A DNA stretch of 63,572 bases, counting the filler, from Asterionella formosa (Eukaryota): NCBI GenBank assembly GCA_002256025.1. It is 17 parts of 17 records of this genome, joined end to end, with 100 filler letters (N's around TTAATTAATTAA, not from the genome) between each part and the next. Parts side by side here need not be neighbours in the genome. Positions count along the whole stretch, not along the records: positions 6,133 to 36,981 come from NKIB01000792.1; positions 37,082 to 39,028 come from NKIB01000793.1; positions 39,129 to 41,075 come from NKIB01000794.1; positions 41,176 to 43,122 come from NKIB01000795.1; positions 43,223 to 45,172 come from NKIB01000796.1; positions 45,273 to 47,218 come from NKIB01000797.1; positions 47,319 to 49,264 come from NKIB01000798.1; 10 more parts are not named here. One strand, written 5' to 3'. The translations under genes were made by a program, and so were the position numbers. Below the pieces are notes generated by a model. It did not search any database. It was not told the origin of the DNA and saw nothing but the letters and a program-made list of their open reading frames with translations. Shown piece by piece: positions 35,359 through 48,200 of the stretch (positions are counted from its first letter, which is position 1; each line of letters begins with the position of its first letter).

Positions 35359-36798
35359 TTATCGCCCGTCTACTATCTTGTCATAAATCCGCTTCATTTT
35401 GGCCAGAATGTGCGATGTTTCACCGCATCGGATTTCGCGAGACTTGGCTATCATTTCCACGTTACGATCAAGTAGTGCCATCCCACGATCGAGAAGGTCT
35501 CGCTCGACCAACCTTGACTGAAAAAGTGGAAGGATCGTGGCTCCATCTTCTTGAACTGCGGATCGACTGGAGTTACAAACGATACGATACCGCAACGGAA
35601 TGGAAAGATACTTGGACATCATAACGAGAGAATGGCAAATGTATCCCAATGCAGCTGAGATTTCGTCTTCCGTCACTAAGCCCACATGCAACTCTGAAGG
35701 CAATTCTATACCCCGAATAAAGTAATGATGCTCAGGTTTGCATTGAATGGGATAAATGGCGCGAAGCTCTTTCAGCAGTTTGATACGCTGACCTTCGACG
35801 ACTAGATCAAGGTCCTTTTGTTCTTCAAGCATCTTTGCAGCATAGACCCGAATATCTTGAGTTTCTTTCTCTATGCTCTGAATCTGTTCAAATATTTCTC
35901 TTATCCCATCTTTATTTTGGTTGAACAAGTTTGTGTCGAACTCCAACAGTCTCTGTTCATCTTCTATAATAGCCTCTAATGCAATCTTTTCACTTTGCAA
36001 TTCTCTGACCTCGCATTCCAAGATACTTGAAATGGATTGCTCATTCTCTACTTCATACTCGTTTATTAAATTCGTAATTGGTGATACCAAGGCTTCGTTG
36101 ACTGTTTCAAGCAGACTCGATTGTGCTGGATGGATCTGGCAGACGACCTTGTCCAACTCTGTAAACATCTTGTCCTCAAAACGAAGGGCCCGCCCACTTT
36201 CTTCGTCCTCCTCCTCCAGTAATGGCAAATCAACTGCGCTAACTTCTTCAATGATATTTCTTTGCAGCAGCAACTGATACAGGCTAGGATGCACTCGTGT
36301 GGATCCATCCGAGTACTGAATCACGACGGAATTAATTGGAAGTGCTTTTGGAGGGTGGTGAGGTTGGCCCCAAGATACCAGTTGATCATCATTGTCTTCG
36401 GGCAATTGACGTAGATTACTTAGAAGAAGTGACATGTCATCAATCAATATGGTTTCTTTGTCGCCACCAAGAATGACAACTCGAATCTTCGGGGCCAAGT
36501 CCCACTGTTCGGGTTTTATCCGGTCCTCCAGATGATACCAACTCGGGTGCACTGAAGGCTGGTCCAGCTTGGCCGAGAAAAACACAATCTCCTTCATTGT
36601 TGTTACTCCCTGGCGGTCGGTAAATGTCTCCTGTCGATAAATATCCAATCTAGTCTGTACTAAAAGACGAGCGGTGTGTTCCGGTCGGAAGAGGCGCGAC
36701 GTGGCTGCATTTTCATTTGGCGGAAATAAGTTGAACACAGTAATCGCAACTGGTATCAGAGCGGTCTCCTCCAGTGACTTTGGGCTCGAGTATAGCAT
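35359..36798 (-). CDS. UVRAG: UVRAG/Vps38-like PI3K complex subunit (coiled coil plus BARA-like domain)
   Basis: Coiled coil followed by ELRAIYPI, IRGIELP, ISAALGYICHSLVMMSKYLSIPLRY, SSRS, PLF and LLDRNV. Confidence 0.78.
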   Translation of the reverse strand: MLYSSPKSLEETALIPVAITVFNLFPPNENAATSRLFRPEHTARLLVQTRLDIYRQETFTDRQGVTTMKEIVFFSAKLDQPSVHPSWYHLEDRIKPEQWDLAPKIRVVILGGDKETILIDDMSLLLSNLRQLPEDNDDQLVSWGQPHHPPKALPINSVVIQYSDGSTRVHPSLYQLLLQRNIIEEVSAVDLPLLEEEDEESGRALRFEDKMFTELDKVVCQIHPAQSSLLETVNEALVSPITNLINEYEVENEQSISSILECEVRELQSEKIALEAIIEDEQRLLEFDTNLFNQNKDGIREIFEQIQSIEKETQDIRVYAAKMLEEQKDLDLVVEGQRIKLLKELRAIYPIQCKPEHHYFIRGIELPSELHVGLVTEDEISAALGYICHSLVMMSKYLSIPLRYRIVCNSSRSAVQEDGATILPLFQSRLVERDLLDRGMALLDRNVEMIAKSREIRCGETSHILAKMKRIYDKIVDGR

Positions 36799-38527
36799 AG
36801 TATCAGTAGTTGAATGACGAGTAATGGTTCACTGTAAGCAGATCATCAGGTCGTCAGACAGGAGAGACAGCATTTATTGTGATGTTGGTCGTGTACTTTG
36901 TATTACAGTATAAATGTCCCGGTCAGACAATACCCTATATCGTATGATTTTTACATGATGAAAATAATGGCTTTGTGTTTTNNNNNNNNNNNNNNNNNNN
37001 NNNNNNNNNNNNNNNNNNNNNNNNNTTAATTAATTAANNNNNNNNNNNNNNNNNNNNNNNNNNNNNNNNNNNNNNNNNNNNAGTTCATTTAATCAAGCGC
37101 CTTATTGTTACTTTATTAGTGACAGGCGGGGAGCCGGCATGCATGTTGCTTCCTGGCATACCCCTTCTGGGTTTTGAAAAGAACAAACAATTTCACCCAC
37201 CTTGTGTCAACACAACAGATGTGGTGACTCTTGGTGCTTGTATGCAAGGAGATGGATGTGGACACACCCTCTTGAGGGAGAGTTGGGGAAGTGATTGGAT
37301 GCGTTTGTTGTGTCGTATGTTTCAATCTTCTAACTTGCTTGTTTCTCAACTGGTGAAGAAAGTTGTGAGTTTAGTCGGTGAGTGCGAAGGAGTTTGCGGT
37401 CACATTGTTGTTCTGGGTTGAATGTCTTGTAATTGTATTGTAAAACTCCATTGGGCAACTCTCCATTAAACAATTGCCTTCCACAGTAATAATTGCTATA
37501 TTTGCCCAATTTCCTCCCTTTCGCAGTGATGGGAACTCTTAATCTTGTTTTTGTGTTGCTAGAATGTTTCTTTTCATTTTGAGGGCATATTTCCTTTGCA
37601 AATTATTTCACCCATGCCAGTTTGGTGGCGGACACTTAATGCTTTGATACCAGAGCATTTCATGGATACAATGTCGCTTGTTGCTTGCTGGAAGCCATTT
37701 GGCCAGCAGTGGCATGACGATTCATTTGAGCTCTCGCCATAAGGTCTACATAAACACTGGAAGCATCATGAAAGCTCTCCTGTTGTCGTGCTGATTATGG
37801 ATTGAATGGTGTAGTTCTCTGTGATGGTGATCGCGTCATTGTACCGACATTTTGAGAAAAGAATGGAGTGACAATGGAAAGCTTGACCATTCCAGTCATG
37901 GTAGGAGTTTTAGCCCTTTCTTTAGCATGTATGATTGGATCAAACTCCTGTCTATTGATATATCTCTAGTTTTATTGTTTGTTTTGTTGCTTGTTAAGTG
38001 TACATCACAAATTCATCGGACAAATTCATTGCACTTGCATCGTTTATGGATTCTGCGCCAAAGCAAGCATCACCAGACGAGGACAATGCATGATGATTTT
38101 TTACAGTTTGTTCGATGCAATGATTTTTCCTTGTTTTTGTCAAAGCGATTTAGGAAAAAATGATGGCTGGTCACATTTTTGCTTACCAACTTATGAAGCA
38201 TTATTCTGTGGCCCAAATCTCAAATAAGGATACATGTATGCTATGATGGAAAATGTAGCTAGCTTCATCAAAAGTAGTATAGAATAATTGGTAAGCATGT
38301 TCATGGTGTTCAGGGATGTATCCTGCTGTGGTTACAGGAAGGGCGCTCATAACTGCTTAAGACAAGAGATTCTATACTTTTGATACAGTTGCATTATCAA
38401 GCAAAGCACCTGAACAAGACTCTCCAACTTCTCGTTTTCTCAAAATCTCAAAATTTGAGAGCATATAGGGGATTGGCATAGAAATCTCAAGTCTGAAGGC
38501 TGAAACATGATGTAAGTGACACACAGG

Positions 38528-38906
38528 TGTTGAAAGGTCTCGTACTCCTTCCCGTCTGACGGGTTCCTCTTACGTAGAACTTACCTGCTATACCACTAGT
38601 ATTGTTATCTTCTTTCTGCTGCTAGCCTTCGTGCTAGTTTTCGCTATTGACCTTACTCTGTCAATTCTCACTGTTTCTTAATTATAAGATTAAACTAAAA
38701 CTAAGTTTCAATCCCATTCATCACACTTCGAGAACCTGTTCTTCGTGTTCCCTTTTCGTTGATGTAAACCTTCTTCTGATTGATCTAAGACATCAATCTC
38801 GTTAGCAAGCTTCTTGACATGGGAACGCACCATTTGACTCATTGGACTATAGTCGAGTCCACAGTCCATGTGACTCATTTTAGCCATTGATGCTATATTC
38901 TTGACA
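38528..38906 (-). mobile_element. Solo LTR (379 bp) with 6-bp target site duplication CACAGG
   Basis: TGTTGAAAGG...ATATTCTTGACA on the plus strand. CACAGG at 38522-38527 and 38907-38912. Homolog of 13317-13722. Confidence 0.8.
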
Positions 38907-39268
38907 CACAGGTACCACTCCTAGAAAGCATTTCAAATATTTGCCGAGCCGCTGGGTCACATGACAGATCAACTGTCAATCGGTGTGTAGAGTGTATCCC
39001 GGTACTGGTATGCTTATTTACACACAGANNNNNNNNNNNNNNNNNNNNNNNNNNNNNNNNNNNNNNNNNNNNTTAATTAATTAANNNNNNNNNNNNNNNN
39101 NNNNNNNNNNNNNNNNNNNNNNNNNNNNAGCTCGAATGTTCCATCAGTTCTCTCTGTTGCACCTGTAGATAAAGTGCTTATTGGGTAGTCTAACCCCAAG
39201 TAGGAGTAGCAGATAGTCTACCTATGTAATAAACCAACTCGCGAAAAAGTTATTTGCTCTTTAGTATA

Positions 39269-39292
39269 TTACTTACTTACTTACTTACTTAC
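39269..39292 (+). repeat. (TTAC)6 microsatellite
   Basis: Direct reading of the sequence. Confidence 0.9.
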
Positions 39293-39408
39293 ACCTGTTG
39301 TATACATGGTGCTCCTCCAAGTTGGTCGTACATATCATAGACAGCATTGTAAATTATATGAACGGTGTGTTCACGAATAAATACCGGTACTACATACGAC
39401 CAGGTACC

Positions 39409-41075
39409 TGTTGAGCGATCCTGCACATCGATATAGATGTATATAGGGTTAGGGTTATATCAAATATATCAGAACTCGACTAACACCTATTGTATCCTTA
39501 AATGTCAACTTGGGATACATAAGATTAATTAGCTCATATATTCAACAAATACTACTACTTCTAGTTAGATACTTCACTTTGAATTCAAAAAGAGTCCAAT
39601 TAGAAGAAAACAAACATGGCAATGTATTCAAGGGTTCCTGTCATTCCTTTGATCAAAGATTACAATGTATTGACTATCAAGACTAAAACATTCAGAGTTG
39701 CTTTAACCGGTGGAAGGTTTGAATCTTTTGATCAAGATATAATCAATGGAAGCTCTGTGGAAGCATTGTTGATTGGAGTGAATCAATTTCGTGACATGGC
39801 TAACACATGTGCCTTTAGCCCTGCAGATACCTTTTCCTACTTTAAAAGGTGTTTAACTGACATTGCCTTATCAGATTGGTTGAATGTGGAAGTACACCCA
39901 GAAGATCAATCCTACGATAGTTTTGATGAAGCAATGACTTTATTGTTAGATGATCGTTTACCAAACAAGAGTTTTCAACGTCAACGACAATGGATGCTAT
40001 GCTACTTGTCTAAACCCTTTTCTACGAGTATTATTTGATAGTGGAGGATCCTTATCCTTAATAAATGAACGGGTTGTGCCTCAAGGTATTTCTTTGTCTA
40101 ACGACACTTCCCAATTAATACATACCATAGCTGGTACTTATTCATCTCATGTCAGTGTTATTTTATATGACCTGATTCTACCTGAATTTAATCGATCTGC
40201 TCGTGTTTTACAACAAAAGTGTCAAGTTTTTAATGGTCTATGCACATTTGATGCTATTTTAGGACGTGATTTCCTTCGTCAAGTTGGTTTAACCATTGAT
40301 TTCGTAAATAACACCATGTCCTGTATGGATATGACTGTTCCTATGCATTCTCTCACATTGCTTCTTTGATGATGGAGAACGTTTACGTGATGTATTATTA
40401 TATTTTGATGCACCTATGATTGTGGAATCTTCATATGCGCTGGAAATTAAAGCTGCTGAATATAATTATGTGAATATTGATACAGTGGTGAATAAACAGA
40501 TGCATTTAACAACAATGCAACGATCATGTTTGCGAACTATATTGGTTACATATCAAACATTATTTGATGGAAAATTAAAAGTGTATGCTCATAAACAGGT
40601 ACATTTGGAATTGTTATCAAATGCCATCCTTCGTCATCAGCGAGCGTATCCTGTCGCTCATATTCATTTAGAAGTTTTCAAAACCGAATTACAACGGTTG
40701 TGTGATATTCTTGGAGTCCTACAAAATGTGGTGCCTCTAAATGGGCGTCTCCCACTTTTATTATTCCTAAAGGGATGGAAGTGTCCGATGGGTATCAGAT
40801 TTTCGTGAACTCAATAAATTCATCAATCGCAATATATATCCGTTGCCTCGGATACAAACTATTCTCACTAAACGTTCTGGATATGTATTCTTCACCAAAT
40901 TGGATGTTTCTATGCAATACTATGCTTTCGCTTTAATTGTGGAGAGTCAAATTTATGCGTTATTTCCACTCCATTTGGTTTATATAAATATTTACGTCTC
41001 CCTATGGGGGTGAAACAATCATCTGATATAGCACAAGAAACTATGGAACAGATTCTTAGTGATTTAGATGATGTG
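39409..41075 (+). mobile_element. Defective Ty3/Gypsy retrotransposon: LTR 39409-39576, gag 5' end, protease and reverse transcriptase
   Basis: Protease VLFDSGGS...AILGRDFL is directly followed by RT motifs ([60 protein letters not shown]). Gag is fused to protease by a deletion near 40022. Frameshifted. Confidence 0.92.
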
Positions 41076-41824
41076 NNNNNNNNNNNNNNNNNNNNNNNNN
41101 NNNNNNNNNNNNNNNNNNNTTAATTAATTAANNNNNNNNNNNNNNNNNNNNNNNNNNNNNNNNNNNNNNNNNNNNCAAGGTATTGGCAAATATTTACGTG
41201 GTCAGTATGAGGTATGTAACAGGTCAAAATTCTACCATGTAGAATTTTTGGTAGAATTTGTTATCTCGTTTTGGTAGTATATTCTACCAATCATAATAAC
41301 GAGGTTAGGGTTAACAGTGATATTTTCAAGAAAATGCTACCGGTACCTGCAAGGAAAAGGAGAGCAATACCTGTATATGTTCTATCTACCGATAATTTCG
41401 GTAGTCCATAATTACTTCATTCTTAAAGTTCCTTTAACCCGTCTCAACTGTAATAATCACTGTTAATGATACTCGCTGCTATTCTATACAAGGATGCATG
41501 GACGCGAGATTGACACACGAGGATGATGGACTTTCGAATGGTAAGGCAAAAGATGGCAACAACACAGTATGCCCTGCTCGCTCACACTTGCTCCCATCGA
41601 ACACAACACAGCAACAATCCTGCGGATTCAACAGCACATGGTACATCCGTCACGTGGAAGCATCGCCCTCCAAGCACTGTAAAATGCCGTCACCAACCGA
41701 AGGTCGGTCGCTTCCGTTGCATTTCAGGCTATGTACCAAACCGTTCACACCGCGGACCAGCCGCCGCAAAACATGGCTGATTCTGGGATTCAAGACAAGT
41801 TGAGGACGGATCTGTTCCTGGAAG

Positions 41825-42178
41825 TGGAAGTCAACCAAACAGAATGTGGGACCGAAAGGATAGATCCTGAACTCAAAGTGGTTGTTGCGTGAATTCAACA
41901 GACTGCCACACTTTCTTGAGCATCGTCTTGAGCCTTCATATACACCAAAACTATTTGAACTGTTTTACACAGTCTGAAATTGTGACGACTTTTGGAAGAA
42001 TTTGATGCTCGTGGGTGGTTCACTTGGAGCAGTTTTATTGGTCTTTGCTGCACTTAACAATGCTTTTTTACTTCACTTCAAGATTGGCGATTGGAATCTT
42101 CTAGTATGGTATGTTGGTGTGCTGGGTATAATTTACTCGACAGGAAAGGCTATGCTCCCAGATCCAAAGATTCACCCC
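41825..42178 (+). pseudogene. ATG9: Decayed fragment of autophagy gene ATG9
   Basis: NVGPKG*ILNSKWLLREFNRLPHFLEHRLEPSY...YLNCF...GGSLGAVLLVFAALN...WYVGVLGIIYS matches the ATG9 core (REFNELPH.F..RL..SY). Contains a stop at 41861 and frameshifts. Confidence 0.75.
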
Positions 42179-42996
42179 TGATACACTCGCAACATCTTTG
42201 CCAAGGTTGAAAACTGCCTTGCTTTCGCAGTTTGTAGTTCATATCGATTTCTATCCTGATATTTGGAATGGGTGTGGTTGGTTAAAAGTGTACATAACCA
42301 TGTACCATGCAGAAAACTATTTGCTTGTCCATGAAGGTTTAGTGGTGATGGCGTTCCTCCAGTTGTGGTGGTTCCAATGGACATGACAGCACCATCTACA
42401 GTTGGAAGTAGTGTGAATGTTGAGGGGCAAATTCAACAATTAACAAGCAGGCAACGATTTGCAATTATAGTTGGACCTCATTATGGTTCTGGCCTACAAG
42501 CAACTGTATGTAATCCCAGCAAGGCTCCAACAAAGTCGCAAGGACTTTGTGAAGTTGGAATTGCGGAGAGAAAGTCAGTCAGGCTATTTACAAGGCTTGA
42601 GAGGGGGAGGAATAAATGATTTTATTATTGGGTAAGTTACAGAGCAGATTACCGGTAGTTGTGGTTAAAGTGCTCATACAATGATCAACAGAATATATGA
42701 GGCATATTGTCAAGAACTTTCATTGACCCACATTTTCAACAAAATGCTTATTGATTGATGCAATGGTGAAAATCTACAACTACGTGTTTAGTTTATTTCT
42801 ACCACATTAACTAGCATGCACATTATTACATTCTCATTGTTTCCATGTAATGTTAGTCATTTGATATGAGTTGATTTACCGATGTGTTAATATGTATTGT
42901 AGGAGTACCATAGTATGATAGCCGACACAAAATTAATGATCACTCTGCATACCGGTATACCGGCACGTATATTGAATTGCACGACGAAGTACCTGG

Positions 42997-43122
42997 TGAA
43001 GTATCTAACTAGAAGTAGTAGTATTTGTTGAATATATGAGCTTATTTGTTAATCCTTGTGTGTAACTCGTTCTCCAAGTCGACACCAAAGTATACAATGA
43101 GGGTTAGTCGAGTTCTCTCATT
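42997..43122 (-). mobile_element. 3' end of a Gypsy LTR (same family as 39409 and 63096)
   Basis: Near-identical to 63096-63221. Homology stops at the terminal ...GATACTTCA, which helps define the LTR end. Confidence 0.8.
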
Positions 43123-44931
43123 NNNNNNNNNNNNNNNNNNNNNNNNNNNNNNNNNNNNNNNNNNNNTTAATTAATTAANNNNNNNNNNNNNNNNNNNNNN
43201 NNNNNNNNNNNNNNNNNNNNNNGGAGAGGAAGGGAAGCCCTCCTCCCTGGCTGCTCTCCTTTGACCAGAAGAAGATGAAGACATGGCCGAAATCTAAAAG
43301 CGATGACGATCGATTTATTGAGGAGGTTGATTGATATGTAACGATATGCATATGTATATGCATACCTATTTTGGCAAGAGCGAGCCATTTTGAGTATGAG
43401 CAAGCAAGTCTTGAAATATTCCAGGAAATTCTATATAGTCATTCATGTCTAAACATCTTTTTATATAATGCACTGTTATTTATAACTGTAAAAAATTTGT
43501 GTTTGAGGTGCTTACCAGGATTACCAAATTTGGTCAACACAAACACAAATTTTGGGGTTATGGGTACAACGATTTGTGTTATAATACACATGATATAATA
43601 ATTTTTTATTATCAGAGCGCGCCCAGTAGAATAAAGCAATTAGTAATCGTTTTTCTCTGTGTCCGCCAACACTTGGATTTGTCATGATTCAATCAGTTGC
43701 AGTTTATATCGTGATCCGTTTATCCTTTACTAGGCCCAGCTAAATGAGGTAATTTTATTTTATTTGGATGTGCCTCACTCAACATTTTCGTGGTCATTTA
43801 TTTCAACAACTGGAACACAGCATCGATTGGGCGTCAAGACATCCTTTATGTAGATGCATAAAACAAATGACTTGTTCATAGTAAATATTGTCGTATTGCT
43901 AAAATTGAAAAGTTTGTGGTCTAAGCAGTTCATAGTGGTCTTGAGCAGTTTTTGACTGTGTACCAGGTACCGCCCACTCACAAACTACTTATCTATTTAT
44001 TGTCCAGTTCATGCTCTGTACGTGCGTCCTGCTAGTAAACCACCAGTTGCACTACCTTTCACTACCTACGGCAAAAATGGTAGGATTAATTGTCAATAGT
44101 GGCACAGTACCAGTACCGGTATCAACAACGTCATATGACATGCTGGTGTTGTTACAGGAAATGAAAGAGGAATATGGAATATTTGGCAACTACTTCGTGT
44201 ATTTTCGTGAAGTTTAATAATATTTATATCGTCATATTTATTGCCCTTGTCCCGTCAGTCACAGTTTAATTATTTATATTTTTAAGATTCAACGACTTGT
44301 TTCGCCACATGCATTCATAAAATTCATTTATTAATCGTCTCTATGTATTATGTACCTTTGCTGACCTTTTATACCGGTATATTTATGATGCATACTAAGT
44401 TGAAGAAAAACTTAAGTGCGGATTTCCCCGTTCCTTCCTGGGATCAGTACTTACCAGGTTCCTGGAACCCGGGCCGGGTCCGGGACCACATACATACAGG
44501 AGTTCCATATGGTAACAGATACCATGCAATACATAGACCTCGTGAAGGACATGGTGCTGAGGAGGAAATTCAATTGCTGTAGGATATATAAGAATATGGA
44601 CAACAAACTGTCCCTGGATGTGAACTCGACATCCTTGCCGATTTATATAGAAATTAAAATATTCTTTTTTTCGTACCTGGTTGGAGTACCAGGTACCGTA
44701 TACAGGTCACACATGTTCATTGTATACAGTATCCGTACAGTACTTCATACAGCACTTCGATTCATGTCCAAAACGCACAAGAAGAGCTATGTAGCTTTTC
44801 CTTGTTGAATGAGAACACTATTCTGTTAACAAGGTACGTGGTACCTAGTACCATGGTACCAGCAGCACTCCAGTATCGACTTTCAGTCGCTCATTAAAAA
44901 AGTGCCCCAGACGGATTCAGGATTCACCACC

Positions 44932-45172
44932 ATGGCTAAAAAGAAACGGCCCGTTCTCCTCCCCTTGATTGGTGGAGAATCCATTGAATGGGGTGACGCT
45001 GCGGCTCACAGGATGCTTTGGCAGTTTATAGAACTCTCTGAAGCCTCTCGACGAGTACGAACTACTCCAAGTTTTCAATCGTCCCCAAGTCGGATTCGAG
45101 ATGCGAAGTGTCCGACGAATGGTCTGACGAAGCAAGAGCTTGAAGTCGCCACGGAACTTGGAGTTCATGAAA
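44932..45172 (+). CDS. 5' part of a hypothetical protein (truncated by contig end)
   Basis: ATG in CACCATGG context and open to the contig end: MAKKKRPVLLPLIGGESIEWGDAAAHRMLWQF... Confidence 0.5.
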
Positions 45173-45728
45173 NNNNNNNNNNNNNNNNNNNNNNNNNNNN
45201 NNNNNNNNNNNNNNNNTTAATTAATTAANNNNNNNNNNNNNNNNNNNNNNNNNNNNNNNNNNNNNNNNNNNNCCTGCTGCTGCATGACCTGTGATACCAG
45301 TCTTCCATTGGGTAGCAGGTACCAGGTACCGGTAATTACCAGGTACCCTGGTACCCGTTATATCCCGCTACCTTTTTTTGTACTCCTATCTTACATTACC
45401 GGTACATACCTGATGATGCGGTCTATATCATCATAATTTTTGCATCTGTCGTCCCGGTACCCCTAGTACCTGATAGTGTTGTAGTGAAGCAATTAGTGCT
45501 ATTCAAGGTACCCTAGTACCAGGTACCTGAGTTTAGCTTGGGTAGCGAACAACCTACAACCATTTACTAAAGGCAAAAGAACTTAACAGTTACAAAACAT
45601 ACTTTAACTACTGGTTCGTTAGGTTCAATGGTTCTACAAGTGTTTGTAGATTCAGTCAAAAATTGAAACATTCGGGTCATTAAGCAACTGCAGTAGCTGC
45701 TTGTATGAATGAAGAACAAGTGGTGCAT

Positions 45729-46443
45729 TCACGGCACCTTTTTTGATCTAGTCTCATAGTGAATGACAAACGACGATAGGACATGACGATCTACAGCGAT
45801 GATGACACTTGCCAAGATTGGATACATGTGCCACATGGTATGCCACAGGACAAATGCCTCTCGATCGACCATGGATTGCGCCAGTTGTGATTGAGCGTAT
45901 GAAAACAAGGCAAAGGAAGTGGCAAGAAAGTAGAGCACTAATGTGATTCGTCGTTCGCCGTAGTACACCATAGTGGCGAGTTTCCCAATTTCCAACAGCA
46001 TGGCTGGGGCAGCCGTTGCTCTATCCAAAACGTGAAAGATGCTATCGTTGCTCATGTTACAAAAGTCAGCCAAGAACGATAGCGGACCTGTATAGAATAT
46101 CATTTGATGTGATTGAATCCATAAAGTGCCGTTGAGCAGTACATGAGCATTTTGATGTATCTGTATGCGAGGAGCGACAGCACACAACCGAACGACGCTT
46201 CGACTGACCTTGAAGGAATATCAAAAAGTAAGCAAACGAGAAGTAGGGAAACCGACTCTTGGAAAGCCAGCTTGGAACGTATAGCAACATTACGACTCCA
46301 CTGAAACTGTACGTGATGCATCCGACGCCGAACCACCACGGCAAATGGAGTTCTTGTCCGTAGAAGCTCATTTTCGTCTTGAACAGCCATGCTGCGCCAC
46401 AATGGAGCGCAGCCTCTGGGGACGAGAGGCATGATTCGTTCAT
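45729..46443 (-). CDS. Small multi-pass membrane protein, CREST-superfamily-like; exons 46443-46209 and 46087-45729
   Basis: Intron 46208-46088 (gtcagt...cag) joins FLQ-G-PLSFLAD in frame. About 5-6 hydrophobic helices with motifs SFLAD, HVLDR and WHTMWH. Start may be at 46371. Confidence 0.7.
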
Positions 46444-46559
46444 CAGAGCAATTGGTGCCTTGGTGCCGATGTTCAGTGATGTGCACGAACAAACGAGAAG
46501 AAGTACGGTAAAAACAGGCGGAAATGAGGCAGATTATGAAGAGGAAGAACAATGAGACA

Positions 46560-47070
46560 CGTTAGTACATGATACCGGTACTGTGGTCTACCGGTAGTTA
46601 AAAATATAGTGTACCGGTACATACGCAAAATGCCAAGAAGAACCACAATGATGATAAATGGCGGTGCTGACGATGCAGCAGAAGGAGTACCTTGTACCTG
46701 GTACTGTTACATTGGCGAGAAAGTTTTCGGTAAATGAGAAAGTTAGCCACGTTTGCCCCATAGGAAGAAGAGTCTTTTACTGCAACTCTCTCTAGCATTG
46801 TGTAGCATTATTGCGTACCGGCAAATGGTGTACCGGTAGCCTAGTAAGTACCGATGCAACTACCGGTACGTTAATAATGATGACGTAGAAAGGAGAAAGC
46901 ATATACCGGTCATATGAAGTGTACATAGCGGTATATAGTACCAGGTACAGCAGAAAACTGGTAACAACAGGTACTACCGGTATACCGGTATACATGGTAC
47001 CTGGTAACTAAAGAGACAATGCATCATGACGCAATACCGGCACTGGTACCAGGAACCAGTACCAGGTACC
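46560..47070. repeat. Dense tract of TACCGGTA / TACCWGGTA / GGTACC palindromes
   Basis: TACCGGTA at 46573, 46589, 46612, 46831, 46861, 46975 and 46983, plus several TACCWGGTA, upstream of the CREST-like gene. Confidence 0.85.
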
Positions 47071-47739
47071 AAATTACCAGCTCGCTAACTTACGGGGATG
47101 CGTGACTAACAAATCACGAAGCAAGTGGTGGCGGTTATCAGCAATCCCCTCTCGCTTGTCACACATCTCAGTCGCACAATCTTGTGAACAAACTCAAGGC
47201 TTTTATGCTCCATCGAACNNNNNNNNNNNNNNNNNNNNNNNNNNNNNNNNNNNNNNNNNNNNTTAATTAATTAANNNNNNNNNNNNNNNNNNNNNNNNNN
47301 NNNNNNNNNNNNNNNNNNATTGATTTCGTTCAAACAGTTTGTTTTGATGCCGATGACTATGATAATGGTTTATTCCTTGATAGTTTAGTAGATCATGATG
47401 CTGCTGCTATTAATGGTCCAATCATTCAGAACAGAGAAATAAACGACATTATAAACCCTACCAACTTCCGTCTTTGCGCACAAAATATATCTGATTTGTC
47501 CACTTCAGCATGACAATCTCACCAATCAACCCGTAAACAAACACATTCTACCGGTACTTGTTCTCGTTGAAATTTTCAATTCTCACATGATACTACATCT
47601 ACTATTTCGATTCAGCATAGAAGGAGATACGAAAATGTGCGTAACAGACTACTGTCCACATAGCTATAGTTATAGAATGATTCTGATTAGAACGCATTTC
47701 ATTTTCATATCGCTCGCTCGTTTCTGCATTTGGCATACT

Positions 47740-48200
47740 GTACTTGAATTAACTATTGAACTTGTCTGCATCTTTGATACCATCAAGAGAGCGAAAGCAA
47801 GTGGCTCTTTTCATTGTTGTTTGCTCGTAGGAAGAATTTGATATCTGTATCGTCATTTGCTTGTTGGAATTGTCCGTTGCCTCAAACCTGCTTGGCGTGT
47901 GCGTACACACAGCCACTGTCGACTTGTTTTCATTGGAATGTGGTTCTTGTATTCACTGTTAAACTTGTCCGTATCTTTGTTACCATCAATAGAGCGACGC
48001 AGATGAAGTGGGTCTCTTCATTGTTGTTTGCTCCTGAAAAAGTCGGTGTCCATGTCCGTGTCATCCTCATCAATAGAGAGACAAGTTCTTTCGTTGGAAA
48101 AATTGGTACTCGTGGTATCATCATTCGCTCGTTGGAACCACTGTCCGTTGCCTCAAACCTGATTAGCGTCTGAGTACCGGTATGTGCACTGTCGACTTTA
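47740..48200. repeat. Degenerate tandem duplication (units of about 200-270 bp)
   Basis: Shared blocks AACTTGTC..ATCTTTG.TACCATCAA.AGAGCGA, TTCATTGTTGTTTGCTC, TGTCCGTTGCCTCAAACCTG and CACTGTCGACTT each occur twice in the same order. Confidence 0.75.

Noticed and set aside
9669..36798. SEC22, VAC14 and UVRAG as a functional membrane-trafficking cluster
   Set aside because: They are separated by unrelated genes and TE debris. The ATG9 fragment is on an unlinked contig. Chance co-location cannot be excluded.
39444..39457. TAGGGTTAGGGTTA as a telomere
   Set aside because: Only about two units, inside an LTR, and degenerate in the sister copy.
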